Below are positions 29,173 to 38,471 of a DNA stretch of 64,000 nucleotides, piece by piece (within the stretch, counting starts at the first letter, position 1; each line of letters starts with the position of its first letter). The notes beneath the pieces are model-generated. The model had not been told where the DNA came from and did no database searches. It saw only the letters and a list, made by a program, of their open reading frames with translations. Made by a program: the position numbers and the translations under genes. The stretch comes from an uncultured Eubacteriales bacterium (lineage in GTDB: Bacteria > Acidobacteriota > Aminicenantia > Aminicenantales > Aminicenantaceae), in contig CAYNVQ010000011.1 of assembly GCA_964400735.1 (NCBI GenBank), positions 58,673-122,672 of the forward strand. Direction: 5' to 3'.

Positions 29173-31596
29173 ATGGTCAGAAATTATTTAATCGTCGCTT
29201 TGAGAAATATCCGGAGGCACAAAGGATATTCCCTGATAAACATCGTGGGACTTGCCGTAGGGATCGCCAGTTGTCTGTTGATCCTGCTCTTCGTGCGCAG
29301 TGAATTGAGCTATGACCGTTTTCACGAAAAGGCCGATCAGATTTTCAGGGTTGGCTTCAAGTTCCATGTCGGGACCAACCAGTTCGACGCGGCGCTGGGG
29401 CCCTGTCCTTTGGCCGGAGCGCTGTCGAGGGATTTTCCAGAGGTGGAAAAAGCGGCCAGGATTTTTGCCAGGCAAAGCCGCGGGGGAGACGTTTTTGTCC
29501 GTTACGGAGACAAGCGATACAAAGAGAACCGGTTTCTCTGGGCGGACCAGGCCCTTTTCGATATTTTGTCTTTCCGATTCATCGAGGGTAATTCCGAAGA
29601 GGTCCTCACCAAGCCAGGTTCTGTCGTTCTGACCTCAGAGGCAGCCGAAAAATATTTCGGCCAGGAGGAGCCGCTGGGAAAGATGCTGGAACTGGAAGAC
29701 GGATCGCTCTACATGGTCAAAGGAGTGACCGAAGCCTGGCCGGAGACATCCCACTTCCACTTCGATTTCCTCGCCTCGTTTTCCAGCCTTCCCAAGAGCA
29801 AAGATCTGGATTTTTATGATACAGCGGTTTTCACCTATATCCTTATCCGTAAGAATGCGTCGATCGAGCAGCTCGAGACTAAATTGCCAGAGTTTTCCGG
29901 CAAGTACATGGCCCCGGTCATCGAGAAGATCATGGCGGTTTCCTATAAAGACTTTTTGGATTCCGGGAACTTTATCGGATTCATGACGCAGCCTCTCCTC
30001 GGCATCCATCTTCACTCCGACTGGCAGAATGAGTTGGAACCCCAGGGGAATTTCAACACTGTGATCATTTTTTCCGCCATTGCCCTTCTCATCCTCGTCG
30101 TGGCCTGCATCAATTTCATTAACCTGACCACTGCCCGCTCATCCCAAAGGGCCAACGAGGTGGGAGTGCGCAAAGTAGTGGGGTCCACGCCGAGACAGCT
30201 CGTCCGGCAATTCCTGTCTGAGTCTATCTTCTTGAGCTTTATCGCCATTATGCTGGCCATGATTTTGGTCGAGCTCTCCCTTCCGGTGTTCGACACTCTG
30301 GTCGGGAAGGAATTCTCGGCTGCGTATCTTCAGGATTGGACCTTCCCTCTAGTTATGATCCTGGGCGCCCTGGGCATCGGAATTGCAGCCGGAAGTTATC
30401 CTGCCTTGCTGCTGGCGTCCTTCCGCCCCGTTGACGTGTTGAAAGGAAAGGCTATTTCCCGCTCAAAAGGCCCCAAATTTCGCAACGTACTGGTGGTCTT
30501 CCAGTTCTGTGCCTCGATCTTTCTCTTGGTGGGGACAACCGTAATCTACAACCAGCTGCACTACATTCGGGACAAAGACCTGGGATTCCAAAAGGAGCAT
30601 GTGATCGTCATCCAGAGGGCCGAGAAACTCGGTAAGCAACAGAGGGCTTTCAAAGAAGAGCTCAAAAGGAATCCCGACGTGCTCAGTGTGACGTTTACCG
30701 ATTCGCTTCCGCAAATGCTGCTCGAGGCCAAGGTTTTCCAGAAAGAAGGAGAGGGGAGCGGCGAGAATAATACCTTTATCACCATTACGGCTGACCTTGA
30801 CTTTCTCGAGACCTATAACCTTCGGGTAATAGAGGGAAGATATTTTGAACGGGAGCGATCTTCTGATTCTTCGGCCATCGTGCTGAATGAGGCCGCGGTG
30901 AAAGCGCTGGATTTGCAGAATCCTTTGGAACGGCGACTCATCCTGGTAGGCCTTAAAAGGAAACCGATGGACATCATCGGCATCATCAATGATTTTCATA
31001 TGGAACCGCTTCATGTCGAGATCGGCCCCACAGCCGTCATCTTGAGCGGAGAGAAACCGGGAGTTCTGCTTTCGGTCCGGGTGCGCCCGGGGAATCTTCC
31101 AAAAATCCTGGGATATGCGCAAGAGCAGTGGAAGCGGTTCACCAACAACCAGCCCTTCGAATATGTCTTTTTCGATGACCTATTCAATTCGATCTACAAA
31201 TCCGAGATCCAGGCAGAAAAGGTGATCACCGCTTTTGCCTGTCTTGCCGTTTTTATCGCCTGTCTGGGGCTTCTGGGGCTCGCCTCTTACACCTCCGGGC
31301 AGCGCACAAAGGAGATCGGCATCCGCAAGGTTTTGGGGGCGACTATATCCGGAATCGTCCTGTTGTTGAATAAAGATTTTATCAAATGGGTGTTGATAGC
31401 CAATTTTATTGCCTGGCCCTTGGCCTACTATGCGGTGAACTCGTGGCTGCAAAACTTCGCTTACAGGGTCAGGCTCAACCTCTGGATGTTCATGGGAGCA
31501 TCAGTCGCAACTTTGGTTATCGCCCTGCTCACGGTGAGTTACCAATCTATCATGGCGGCCCTCGGAAATCCGGTCGATTCCCTCCGCTATGAATAA
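29173..31596 (+). CDS. MacB/FtsX-type duplicated ABC permease
   Basis: NYLIVALRN, ACINFINLTTARS, EIGIRKVLGA, NPVDSLRYE. Confidence 0.95.
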   Translation: MVRNYLIVALRNIRRHKGYSLINIVGLAVGIASCLLILLFVRSELSYDRFHEKADQIFRVGFKFHVGTNQFDAALGPCPLAGALSRDFPEVEKAARIFARQSRGGDVFVRYGDKRYKENRFLWADQALFDILSFRFIEGNSEEVLTKPGSVVLTSEAAEKYFGQEEPLGKMLELEDGSLYMVKGVTEAWPETSHFHFDFLASFSSLPKSKDLDFYDTAVFTYILIRKNASIEQLETKLPEFSGKYMAPVIEKIMAVSYKDFLDSGNFIGFMTQPLLGIHLHSDWQNELEPQGNFNTVIIFSAIALLILVVACINFINLTTARSSQRANEVGVRKVVGSTPRQLVRQFLSESIFLSFIAIMLAMILVELSLPVFDTLVGKEFSAAYLQDWTFPLVMILGALGIGIAAGSYPALLLASFRPVDVLKGKAISRSKGPKFRNVLVVFQFCASIFLLVGTTVIYNQLHYIRDKDLGFQKEHVIVIQRAEKLGKQQRAFKEELKRNPDVLSVTFTDSLPQMLLEAKVFQKEGEGSGENNTFITITADLDFLETYNLRVIEGRYFERERSSDSSAIVLNEAAVKALDLQNPLERRLILVGLKRKPMDIIGIINDFHMEPLHVEIGPTAVILSGEKPGVLLSVRVRPGNLPKILGYAQEQWKRFTNNQPFEYVFFDDLFNSIYKSEIQAEKVITAFACLAVFIACLGLLGLASYTSGQRTKEIGIRKVLGATISGIVLLLNKDFIKWVLIANFIAWPLAYYAVNSWLQNFAYRVRLNLWMFMGASVATLVIALLTVSYQSIMAALGNPVDSLRYE

Positions 31597-31601
31597 ATGT
31601 A

Positions 31602-31718
31602 TCGGGGATAGGATACCTTGGTCCTAAATTAGGTAATGGTGCAGTTGGGGCTGGGGGATCCCGGAACCATTCTCGGCCTCCATTTATGGAAATAGATGCA
31701 AGAGTATCCAATCCCCGA
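31602..31718. repeat. Inverted repeat right after the permease stop (REP-like)
   Basis: TCGGGGATAGGATAC (31602-31616) / GTATCCAATCCCCGA (31704-31718), 14/15. Confidence 0.6.
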
Positions 31719-31957
31719 ATCACAGGGCCCCCGAAATACGATAAGAGAGACGGTTGAGTCGGCAATAAGGCGGAAGGAAGCTCTATGCAATCAGGGGGAA
31801 GGAGCTTTCTGCTTTGCATAATCAAATTTTTGATAATATAATATCCCATTAAATTACCCGGATTATTCGTTAAAAATGCTTATACCATGTTCTATTATGG
31901 CAAGGTCAGGGATTTATCCTGATGTTGATGTAAATTTTTTTAAATAATTCAGATTTA

Positions 31958-34618
31958 TTGAAAATGAGAGATACAGATAGAAAAAAAGGTGCCTTTTTCC
32001 TGGTTTTAATTGTTGTTTCATTGGCAAATGTCTTGATTTCCTGCCGCCAGTCTCAAACGCAGTTTCCCGCTTTATTCCGCTTCATCGATCATCTCGAAGA
32101 GGCCCACATTGTTGTGTCCCCATTGAAAAGTCTGAAAGATAATTTTGTGACGGTCCAAGAAGACCTGTCAGGAAAATGGATGCCGGTTCCTGAATTGTCG
32201 AACGAGGAACTGAAGGCCTGGGCTGCGCCCACAAAACATCCGGTTTTGTCTTTCGATGAAACAATACAACCAGAAGGAGCGAATCTTTTCCAAGACCAGA
32301 AAGAAGTGGTTTTTTCCGAAGGCGGAGATGAGGAAAGGCTTACCTGGAAATGGGCGAAGGTAAATAAAACCAGAACTTCACAAATGCTCCCAAGTTATAA
32401 TAAGAAATTGAAGTGTTCTATCCTCAATCGTAAAAAGACCATATCCTTTTATCAGATTCTTCCCAGCAGTGAGATTGAAGTAAGAGTTGTGGCGAAGAAA
32501 GGAGCTAACCTCCCAGAAAGCCCGTCTGTAGCACTTTATTTGAATGGCCAATTCATTGAATCTCGGACCGTCAAATCTCATAAATACACGACGCTGTATT
32601 TCCGTGCTCAAGTGGAGCAAAAACTATATAAAATCGAATTCAGGTATAGAGGGCAGAAAAATATTGGACAAAAAACAAATAATATCGATATACACATAAA
32701 GAACGTCAGAATATCAGCCCCCCATGATATGATTCTCCTGAGCATCCCTTCTGGAGAGGTGCCTTCAGCCCAGAAAAGCTCTTACCGGTTGAGCTATCTT
32801 TCCCAACAGATCCAAAGGGATCGAAACAACAACTTCACCTTGGATTTCCTTCTCTCTTTATACCGGACGGCTTCACAGGATCAAATTCATGATCTAGGAA
32901 TCGCAAAAAATCCGTATTCCATCAAGAAAAAGCTGATCTTTAAAGAATATGCCTTAAATTCTCTTTTCGCTCCCCCTGAAAGTGTCATCGTTTTCCCTCT
33001 GGATCTTCCTTCCGATAGTGTTTTGGAATTCGGCTGCGGAATCCTGGAAAAAACTTGGAATAGACCAAACCACAGCGTAAAATTCCAAATCTTTCTAGAG
33101 GAGGACGGTAATCAACATGAGCTATACTCCAAGATTTTGGATCCTTTCCTCCGAGCTGAAGATAGAGATGTAATATCCCGAAAGCTTGATTTATCTCCAT
33201 TTGGAGGAAAAAAGGTTAAAATATCCTTTCTTACCCAAGCGCAAAATCCCGATACAGGGCAGAAGGGGCTATCTTTTTGGTACAATCCTCTGCTTTTCCA
33301 GAAAAAAGACAGCAAGAAACAAGATGAAATAAATGTAATACTCATTTCGCTGGATACGCTGAGAGCTGACCATCTGGGGTGTTATGGATACAAAAGAAAC
33401 ACAAGCCCGCATATCGATACTCTAGCTCAAGATAGTGCTGTTTTTCACAATGCTTACTCCCAATCTCCTTGGACCTTGCCATCCCACACTTCAATGTTGA
33501 CCGCGCTCAACCCTTACCACCACCAGGTATATCTTGCCGAAGAAAAGATGCACCCCTCCATCATAACCGTGTCTGATATCTTGAGAATCAACCATTATTA
33601 CTGCGGAGGCATAACCGCTGGCGGCTATGTCAGCGAAAAATATGGCTTTGCCAAAGGTTTCGACAGTTACAAGGGGGAAAGATACATTCCCTCCTCTGCA
33701 GATGGTGCCCGACAGATCTCATTGCATTCCCAAGACTGGCTGGAGAATAATAAAGATAAAAAATTCTTTTTGTTTCTGCATACTTATCAAATCCATGATC
33801 CTTATTTTGCCCATAAAAACATTACCGAATCCTATGTGCAGGGACCTTTAATATGGGAAAAAATGCCTTTAGCTGAATTCCTGCGAAACCAGCCGGAAAA
33901 AAGAAGATATCCTTTTTCAGAAGAAGAAAAGGCAAATCTTGTGGGGCTTTATGATGGGGAAATAAGATACACGGACGAAGTCCTCATTGGTCCCATGATT
34001 CAAAAATTGAAAGAGCTGAATCTCTATGACAGGACCATGATCATTCTCACCAGTGATCACGGAGAGGAATTCTATGACCATAGCAGCTGGCTTCATTCCC
34101 ATACCCTCTATGATGAATTGATCAATGTGCCTTTGATCGTCAAATTTCCTGAATCAAAGTACAAGGGAAAAAGAATATATCCGATTGTGCGTTCCATAGA
34201 CATCATGCCTACACTCCTGGAAGAGGCTGATATTGACTACTCTCCATTCGAGTTAGATGGAAAGAGCCTCATGTCAATTGTCAAAGGCAAAGAAAAAAAG
34301 AATAGAGTTTTCATAAGTGATTTTACCCATAAAGGATCGGAAAAACTGCGGCCGGCAGTGGTCGCAACCAATAGGGATTTGTATAAGATTATTGTAAACA
34401 GAAGGAGCTCTCCTCCTAAAATCCTCCTGTTCAACCTGGAAGACGATCCCTTAGAGAAGACAAGTCTGGAGGGAACAAACAGCAAGCTTGTCCGGGAGCT
34501 GTTCAGCTCGATTCTGGAACATTATCAGAACTTCGAGCCGATTAAGGGGAAAAGCCAAAAGGTTATTATTGATAAGGAATTGAGGGAGAGGCTGAAAGCT
34601 CTCGGCTACATCCGTTAA
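31958..34618 (+). CDS. Sulfatase-like hydrolase/transferase with large N-terminal region, probable lipoprotein
   Basis: NVILISLDTLRADHL, SPWTLPSHTSMLT, HDPY, YDGEI, TSDHGEEF, LKALGY; LISC after hydrophobic N terminus. Confidence 0.9.
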   Translation: MKMRDTDRKKGAFFLVLIVVSLANVLISCRQSQTQFPALFRFIDHLEEAHIVVSPLKSLKDNFVTVQEDLSGKWMPVPELSNEELKAWAAPTKHPVLSFDETIQPEGANLFQDQKEVVFSEGGDEERLTWKWAKVNKTRTSQMLPSYNKKLKCSILNRKKTISFYQILPSSEIEVRVVAKKGANLPESPSVALYLNGQFIESRTVKSHKYTTLYFRAQVEQKLYKIEFRYRGQKNIGQKTNNIDIHIKNVRISAPHDMILLSIPSGEVPSAQKSSYRLSYLSQQIQRDRNNNFTLDFLLSLYRTASQDQIHDLGIAKNPYSIKKKLIFKEYALNSLFAPPESVIVFPLDLPSDSVLEFGCGILEKTWNRPNHSVKFQIFLEEDGNQHELYSKILDPFLRAEDRDVISRKLDLSPFGGKKVKISFLTQAQNPDTGQKGLSFWYNPLLFQKKDSKKQDEINVILISLDTLRADHLGCYGYKRNTSPHIDTLAQDSAVFHNAYSQSPWTLPSHTSMLTALNPYHHQVYLAEEKMHPSIITVSDILRINHYYCGGITAGGYVSEKYGFAKGFDSYKGERYIPSSADGARQISLHSQDWLENNKDKKFFLFLHTYQIHDPYFAHKNITESYVQGPLIWEKMPLAEFLRNQPEKRRYPFSEEEKANLVGLYDGEIRYTDEVLIGPMIQKLKELNLYDRTMIILTSDHGEEFYDHSSWLHSHTLYDELINVPLIVKFPESKYKGKRIYPIVRSIDIMPTLLEEADIDYSPFELDGKSLMSIVKGKEKKNRVFISDFTHKGSEKLRPAVVATNRDLYKIIVNRRSSPPKILLFNLEDDPLEKTSLEGTNSKLVRELFSSILEHYQNFEPIKGKSQKVIIDKELRERLKALGYIR

Positions 34619-34652
34619 ACACAGATATGCAGATCCCTAGATAAAAGCATGC

Positions 34653-37571
34653 ATGAAGCTAAAAGTTAAGGGAAAAGGTGTCATTTGGGTCTCACTGGCC
34701 TATTTTTTTATCACTTTAATCTTTACCTATCCCCTTATTTTCAATATCAGCTCCCACATACCCGCTTACGGGAAAGGGGGAGACGCCCACAGCTTCCTCT
34801 GGAACAGTCGGAATTTCAAAGAAGCTCTGGAAGAGCCGACGCATAATCTTCTCTCAACTTCCTCAATCCTTTACCCCTTTGAGCCAAATTTGACTTTCCA
34901 TACCTATGACATACAAAGAAATTTTTTTGTCTTTTTGTTTTCGAAGTTTATCCCGTTTATTGCCTCTTTCAATTTAGTGACAATTCTGATGTTCACCTTC
35001 TCTGGAGTAGGAGCCTATCTGCTTACTCTTCGTTTCGGATGCAGCCGTTTTGCCGCTTTTTTAAGCGGCTTCATTTTTAGCTTCTGTCCCTTTAAAATGG
35101 CCCGTCTCCTTGCCCACTATAATTTTGCGGATACCGCCTTTATCCCATTCTTTATCATTTTTTTATACACAGCTTGGAATGAACGCAGATTGTTGCCAGC
35201 TTTTGCCGCCGGTGTCTCTCTCGCTTTCATCGGCTACGGCAGTTATTATTATCTGGTCTTCGCTTTCCTTTTTATGGCTTTTTTTATTCTGTACTATGGC
35301 TTTCCGCCTGCTGCCCAATTCATCAGCAAGAAAAAATTATCGAGGAAAAAAAGGCGAATCTTGAACTACTCTCAGTATCTTCTTTTTGGCCTATCGGTAT
35401 TTCTTTTCTCGGTGATCCTGATCCGCGGGTCTATTCGCTTTTTTCGTTCTGATGTGAAAAATGCCAATGGAATCTATCCGCTTTTGATCGCTGCTCTTCT
35501 TTTAAGCGTGTTTTTTCGCTTCCGGATTAACCTCAGCCATTTCATTTCCTCAGTTAAAAAAAGGCTTCATTCTCTCTATCGGGATAAGACTCTATTCACA
35601 GTTATCATTATCATCCTGGTTTTCCTTATTCTCTTTATGCCTATTTTGATTAATCTATTTAAATATCATGAAGCCTATTTTGTTAAAGAGGGGGCTTACG
35701 GCAACTCTCCTGAAATCACAAAATTGGTAACACCCGGTCCTGATTCCCTGCTTTATAAACGCGTCTTCAAGCTCGAAGAATACGGAATAGAAAAAATTAT
35801 ATTTCTTGGTTTTGTTGTTCTCCTTGGAGGAATTTATTCAATATTCTTGGCTAGAGGAAAGCCGGAGATAAAATTCTGGCAGGTTATTGCACTGATATTT
35901 ACAGTTCACTCTTTAGGGCCCTATCTTTTGGTTGCAGGTAAAAAAATCATTTGGCTGCCCTTTCAAATCACGCATTCTCTTCCTTTTTTTTCGGCCGCAC
36001 TGAATCCCGCCAGGTATATCATTATCTCTATGCTTGCAATGGGAATCCTTACTGCTTATGCAGCCGATGACATCCTTTCGAGGCTTAAACAGAAAAAGCA
36101 TAAGAAATGGCTGTATCTGGGATTTTGTGCGCTCTCATTAGTGATGATCGGAGGAGAATATGCCACCCTCCCTCTGCATATGTTCAGTCTCCGCCCTCAT
36201 GAATATTACCAGGAAATGGCCCGTGACGATGAAAACTATTCTCTTTTGGAACTTCCCTTTTCCATTTCCTCCAAAGGAAAAACTTTTGGAAAAAAAGAAA
36301 GGCTTGGATTGTATCAATATTATCAGACCATCCATGGCAAAGCTCTGCCTACAGGATGGCTCGCCAATCTTCCCTTTAAAATATTTGATTATTACAGAAA
36401 TGTGAGTTTTATTCCCAATATAGCTTATCTTCAGGAGTTGACCACAACGATTTCCCCAAAGACACTGAACTCTCTGATACTTCCGGATCCACAGTTCTGT
36501 TTATACCTCAACCTCTACAACATAAAACAGATCAACATCCACCGGGGGGCCATCAAAGCCTATGGGATTAGATGTTTAAAGAGCTATTTTAAAAAACAAT
36601 TTAAAGGAGTATTAAGGTACAGCATCAGAGGTAAAGACAATCTGATTATTCTCAAGATTCATTCTGATTTGGCCAAACCTTTTCTGGGGGAAAATCTTAT
36701 TGCTAGGGAAAAAGCTTTGGCCTTGACCGAAGGATGGTCCAGATGGATCTGGTATCAAGGAAAATTCGGGAGATGGGTGATAGCCAAAGATGCCAGTCTT
36801 CTGTTCTCAACTCCTGAAAAGAGGAGCTTCCGGCTGGAAATCGATTGTCACACCCCAGAATTCGCTCCAAATAAAAAACAGGTGCTGGAGATCCGGCTCA
36901 ATTCTTCTCTAGTAGATAAATTTTCGTACTCTGTAGATGCGGCCAGAAGTGTCACATTGCCGCAAGAGCTGGTGAGGCCTGGCTCAAACGTCATCACCTT
37001 CCATTTTCGGGATATGTTTAGGGTGCCTATTGCCCCCACTCCTCCCTATCGGATAGGCCGGACCGACACATATTCTCCAGTGGATATCGAAGCCGCCAGC
37101 AGCTCCAAAGCAATCAACTTCCAGGGAATGGGGGTATTGTTTCCCTTGAGAGTAGGTCAGCAGCGGATATATAATAAATTCAAGGCAGGTTATAATATTT
37201 TTGTGGTGAATGAAAAAACCGGAAAAATTCTTGCCCATAGATCCTTTGATACTCATACCCATGGAGAAGATTCCCGAGGCATGTCGACCTTCATCGGAAA
37301 AATCAAGGCTGGCAGAATCGTGATAGCCATAACCTGGGGAAACGCCTTTGCCTTACTTTCGGATGAGGCCGTCGCTGCCCTGAAGACGATAGGAGCACAA
37401 AAAGACATAAGGCAGTGGCCTGGATATTGTCACACAATTATCGGAGTAAAAGGAGCGAATCCTGGAGAGGCTATGGAAAAATTGAACCTTAATAAAGCAA
37501 CGCTTCTGGTCGGTCAATATTCCAACGCAGATAAAGTTGCGGCCTGGTTTAATTCTATAAAGATGTTTTGA
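34653..37571 (+). CDS. Multi-TM GT-C/YfhO-like membrane protein with C-terminal ILEI/PANDER-like domain
   Basis: GDA..FLWN, YPF.PNL.FH, LGPYL, PARY, YYQT.HGK motifs; C-terminal GYNIFVVN..SFDT..GRIV..ALKTIGA..IIGVKG..PG. Confidence 0.75.
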   Translation: MKLKVKGKGVIWVSLAYFFITLIFTYPLIFNISSHIPAYGKGGDAHSFLWNSRNFKEALEEPTHNLLSTSSILYPFEPNLTFHTYDIQRNFFVFLFSKFIPFIASFNLVTILMFTFSGVGAYLLTLRFGCSRFAAFLSGFIFSFCPFKMARLLAHYNFADTAFIPFFIIFLYTAWNERRLLPAFAAGVSLAFIGYGSYYYLVFAFLFMAFFILYYGFPPAAQFISKKKLSRKKRRILNYSQYLLFGLSVFLFSVILIRGSIRFFRSDVKNANGIYPLLIAALLLSVFFRFRINLSHFISSVKKRLHSLYRDKTLFTVIIIILVFLILFMPILINLFKYHEAYFVKEGAYGNSPEITKLVTPGPDSLLYKRVFKLEEYGIEKIIFLGFVVLLGGIYSIFLARGKPEIKFWQVIALIFTVHSLGPYLLVAGKKIIWLPFQITHSLPFFSAALNPARYIIISMLAMGILTAYAADDILSRLKQKKHKKWLYLGFCALSLVMIGGEYATLPLHMFSLRPHEYYQEMARDDENYSLLELPFSISSKGKTFGKKERLGLYQYYQTIHGKALPTGWLANLPFKIFDYYRNVSFIPNIAYLQELTTTISPKTLNSLILPDPQFCLYLNLYNIKQINIHRGAIKAYGIRCLKSYFKKQFKGVLRYSIRGKDNLIILKIHSDLAKPFLGENLIAREKALALTEGWSRWIWYQGKFGRWVIAKDASLLFSTPEKRSFRLEIDCHTPEFAPNKKQVLEIRLNSSLVDKFSYSVDAARSVTLPQELVRPGSNVITFHFRDMFRVPIAPTPPYRIGRTDTYSPVDIEAASSSKAINFQGMGVLFPLRVGQQRIYNKFKAGYNIFVVNEKTGKILAHRSFDTHTHGEDSRGMSTFIGKIKAGRIVIAITWGNAFALLSDEAVAALKTIGAQKDIRQWPGYCHTIIGVKGANPGEAMEKLNLNKATLLVGQYSNADKVAAWFNSIKMF

Positions 37572-37979
37572 TTGACTCTTTTCCCTAGCTACTGACCAGA
37601 CTGGTTTAAATGTGGGATTTTTTCTCTGGGATATCGGGGAGTGGACCTTACGAAGAAGTGGAGGATTTGGATTAGCCTCTAAGGAAAGGAAACACAAGAT
37701 AGGGCGCTTTACATGATATCTTTTTCTTGAAGAATCTGAATTTCGTTTTCTGCCTGAGTCCAGCCGTTGAGGTTTTTTTCGCCTATTATGTTAAACCTTA
37801 TCCATACGCCTTGAAAAATATCGAATAGGGCCAAGGGGCCTCTCGCTTTTTCCTGACTTGACATATTTTTGAGTCTTGATTTAAAATTGCCTGCGGTTGC
37901 TGGATGAGAAAATCGAGACAAAAGTCACAATCGAACATCCCTGCTAAAAATAGAATTTGTATCCTTAGAAGGCATAACC

Positions 37980-38471
37980 ATGGCCATTGAAAACTTTACT
38001 CTTATCGTGAATGGAAAAAAGCGAAAAGTAAAGGCAAATCCTGATGATCCTCTTCTTTGGATTCTAAGGGATAACCTTAATCTTACTGGCACAAAATTTG
38101 GCTGCGGTGCTGGGGAATGTGGTGCCTGTACAGTTATCATAGATGGGGTGGCCCGCCGATCCTGTCAGGTATTGATGAAGTACGCATCATCTGGCCAGCA
38201 AATCCTTACTATTGAGGGCCTTGGAACAAAGAATAATCTTTCACCTCTTCAGCAAGCCTTTATCGAACATACGGCCTTCTGTTGCGGTTTTTGTACCCCG
38301 GGAATGATTATGACAGCTACAGCCTTATTGAGGATGAATCCCAATCCTTCGCAGGAAGAGATAAAAGATGCGATGAATAATAACCTATGCCGCTGCGGCT
38401 CTTATCTCAATATCCTTGAGGCCATAGAATCAGTCGCGAAAAAAACAGCCATGAAAGACCAGCAAAGATGA
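37980..38471 (+). CDS. (2Fe-2S)-binding small subunit (IorA/CoxS family)
   Basis: GTKFGCGAGECGACTV, CGFCTPG, NLCRCG. Confidence 0.96.
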   Translation: MAIENFTLIVNGKKRKVKANPDDPLLWILRDNLNLTGTKFGCGAGECGACTVIIDGVARRSCQVLMKYASSGQQILTIEGLGTKNNLSPLQQAFIEHTAFCCGFCTPGMIMTATALLRMNPNPSQEEIKDAMNNNLCRCGSYLNILEAIESVAKKTAMKDQQR

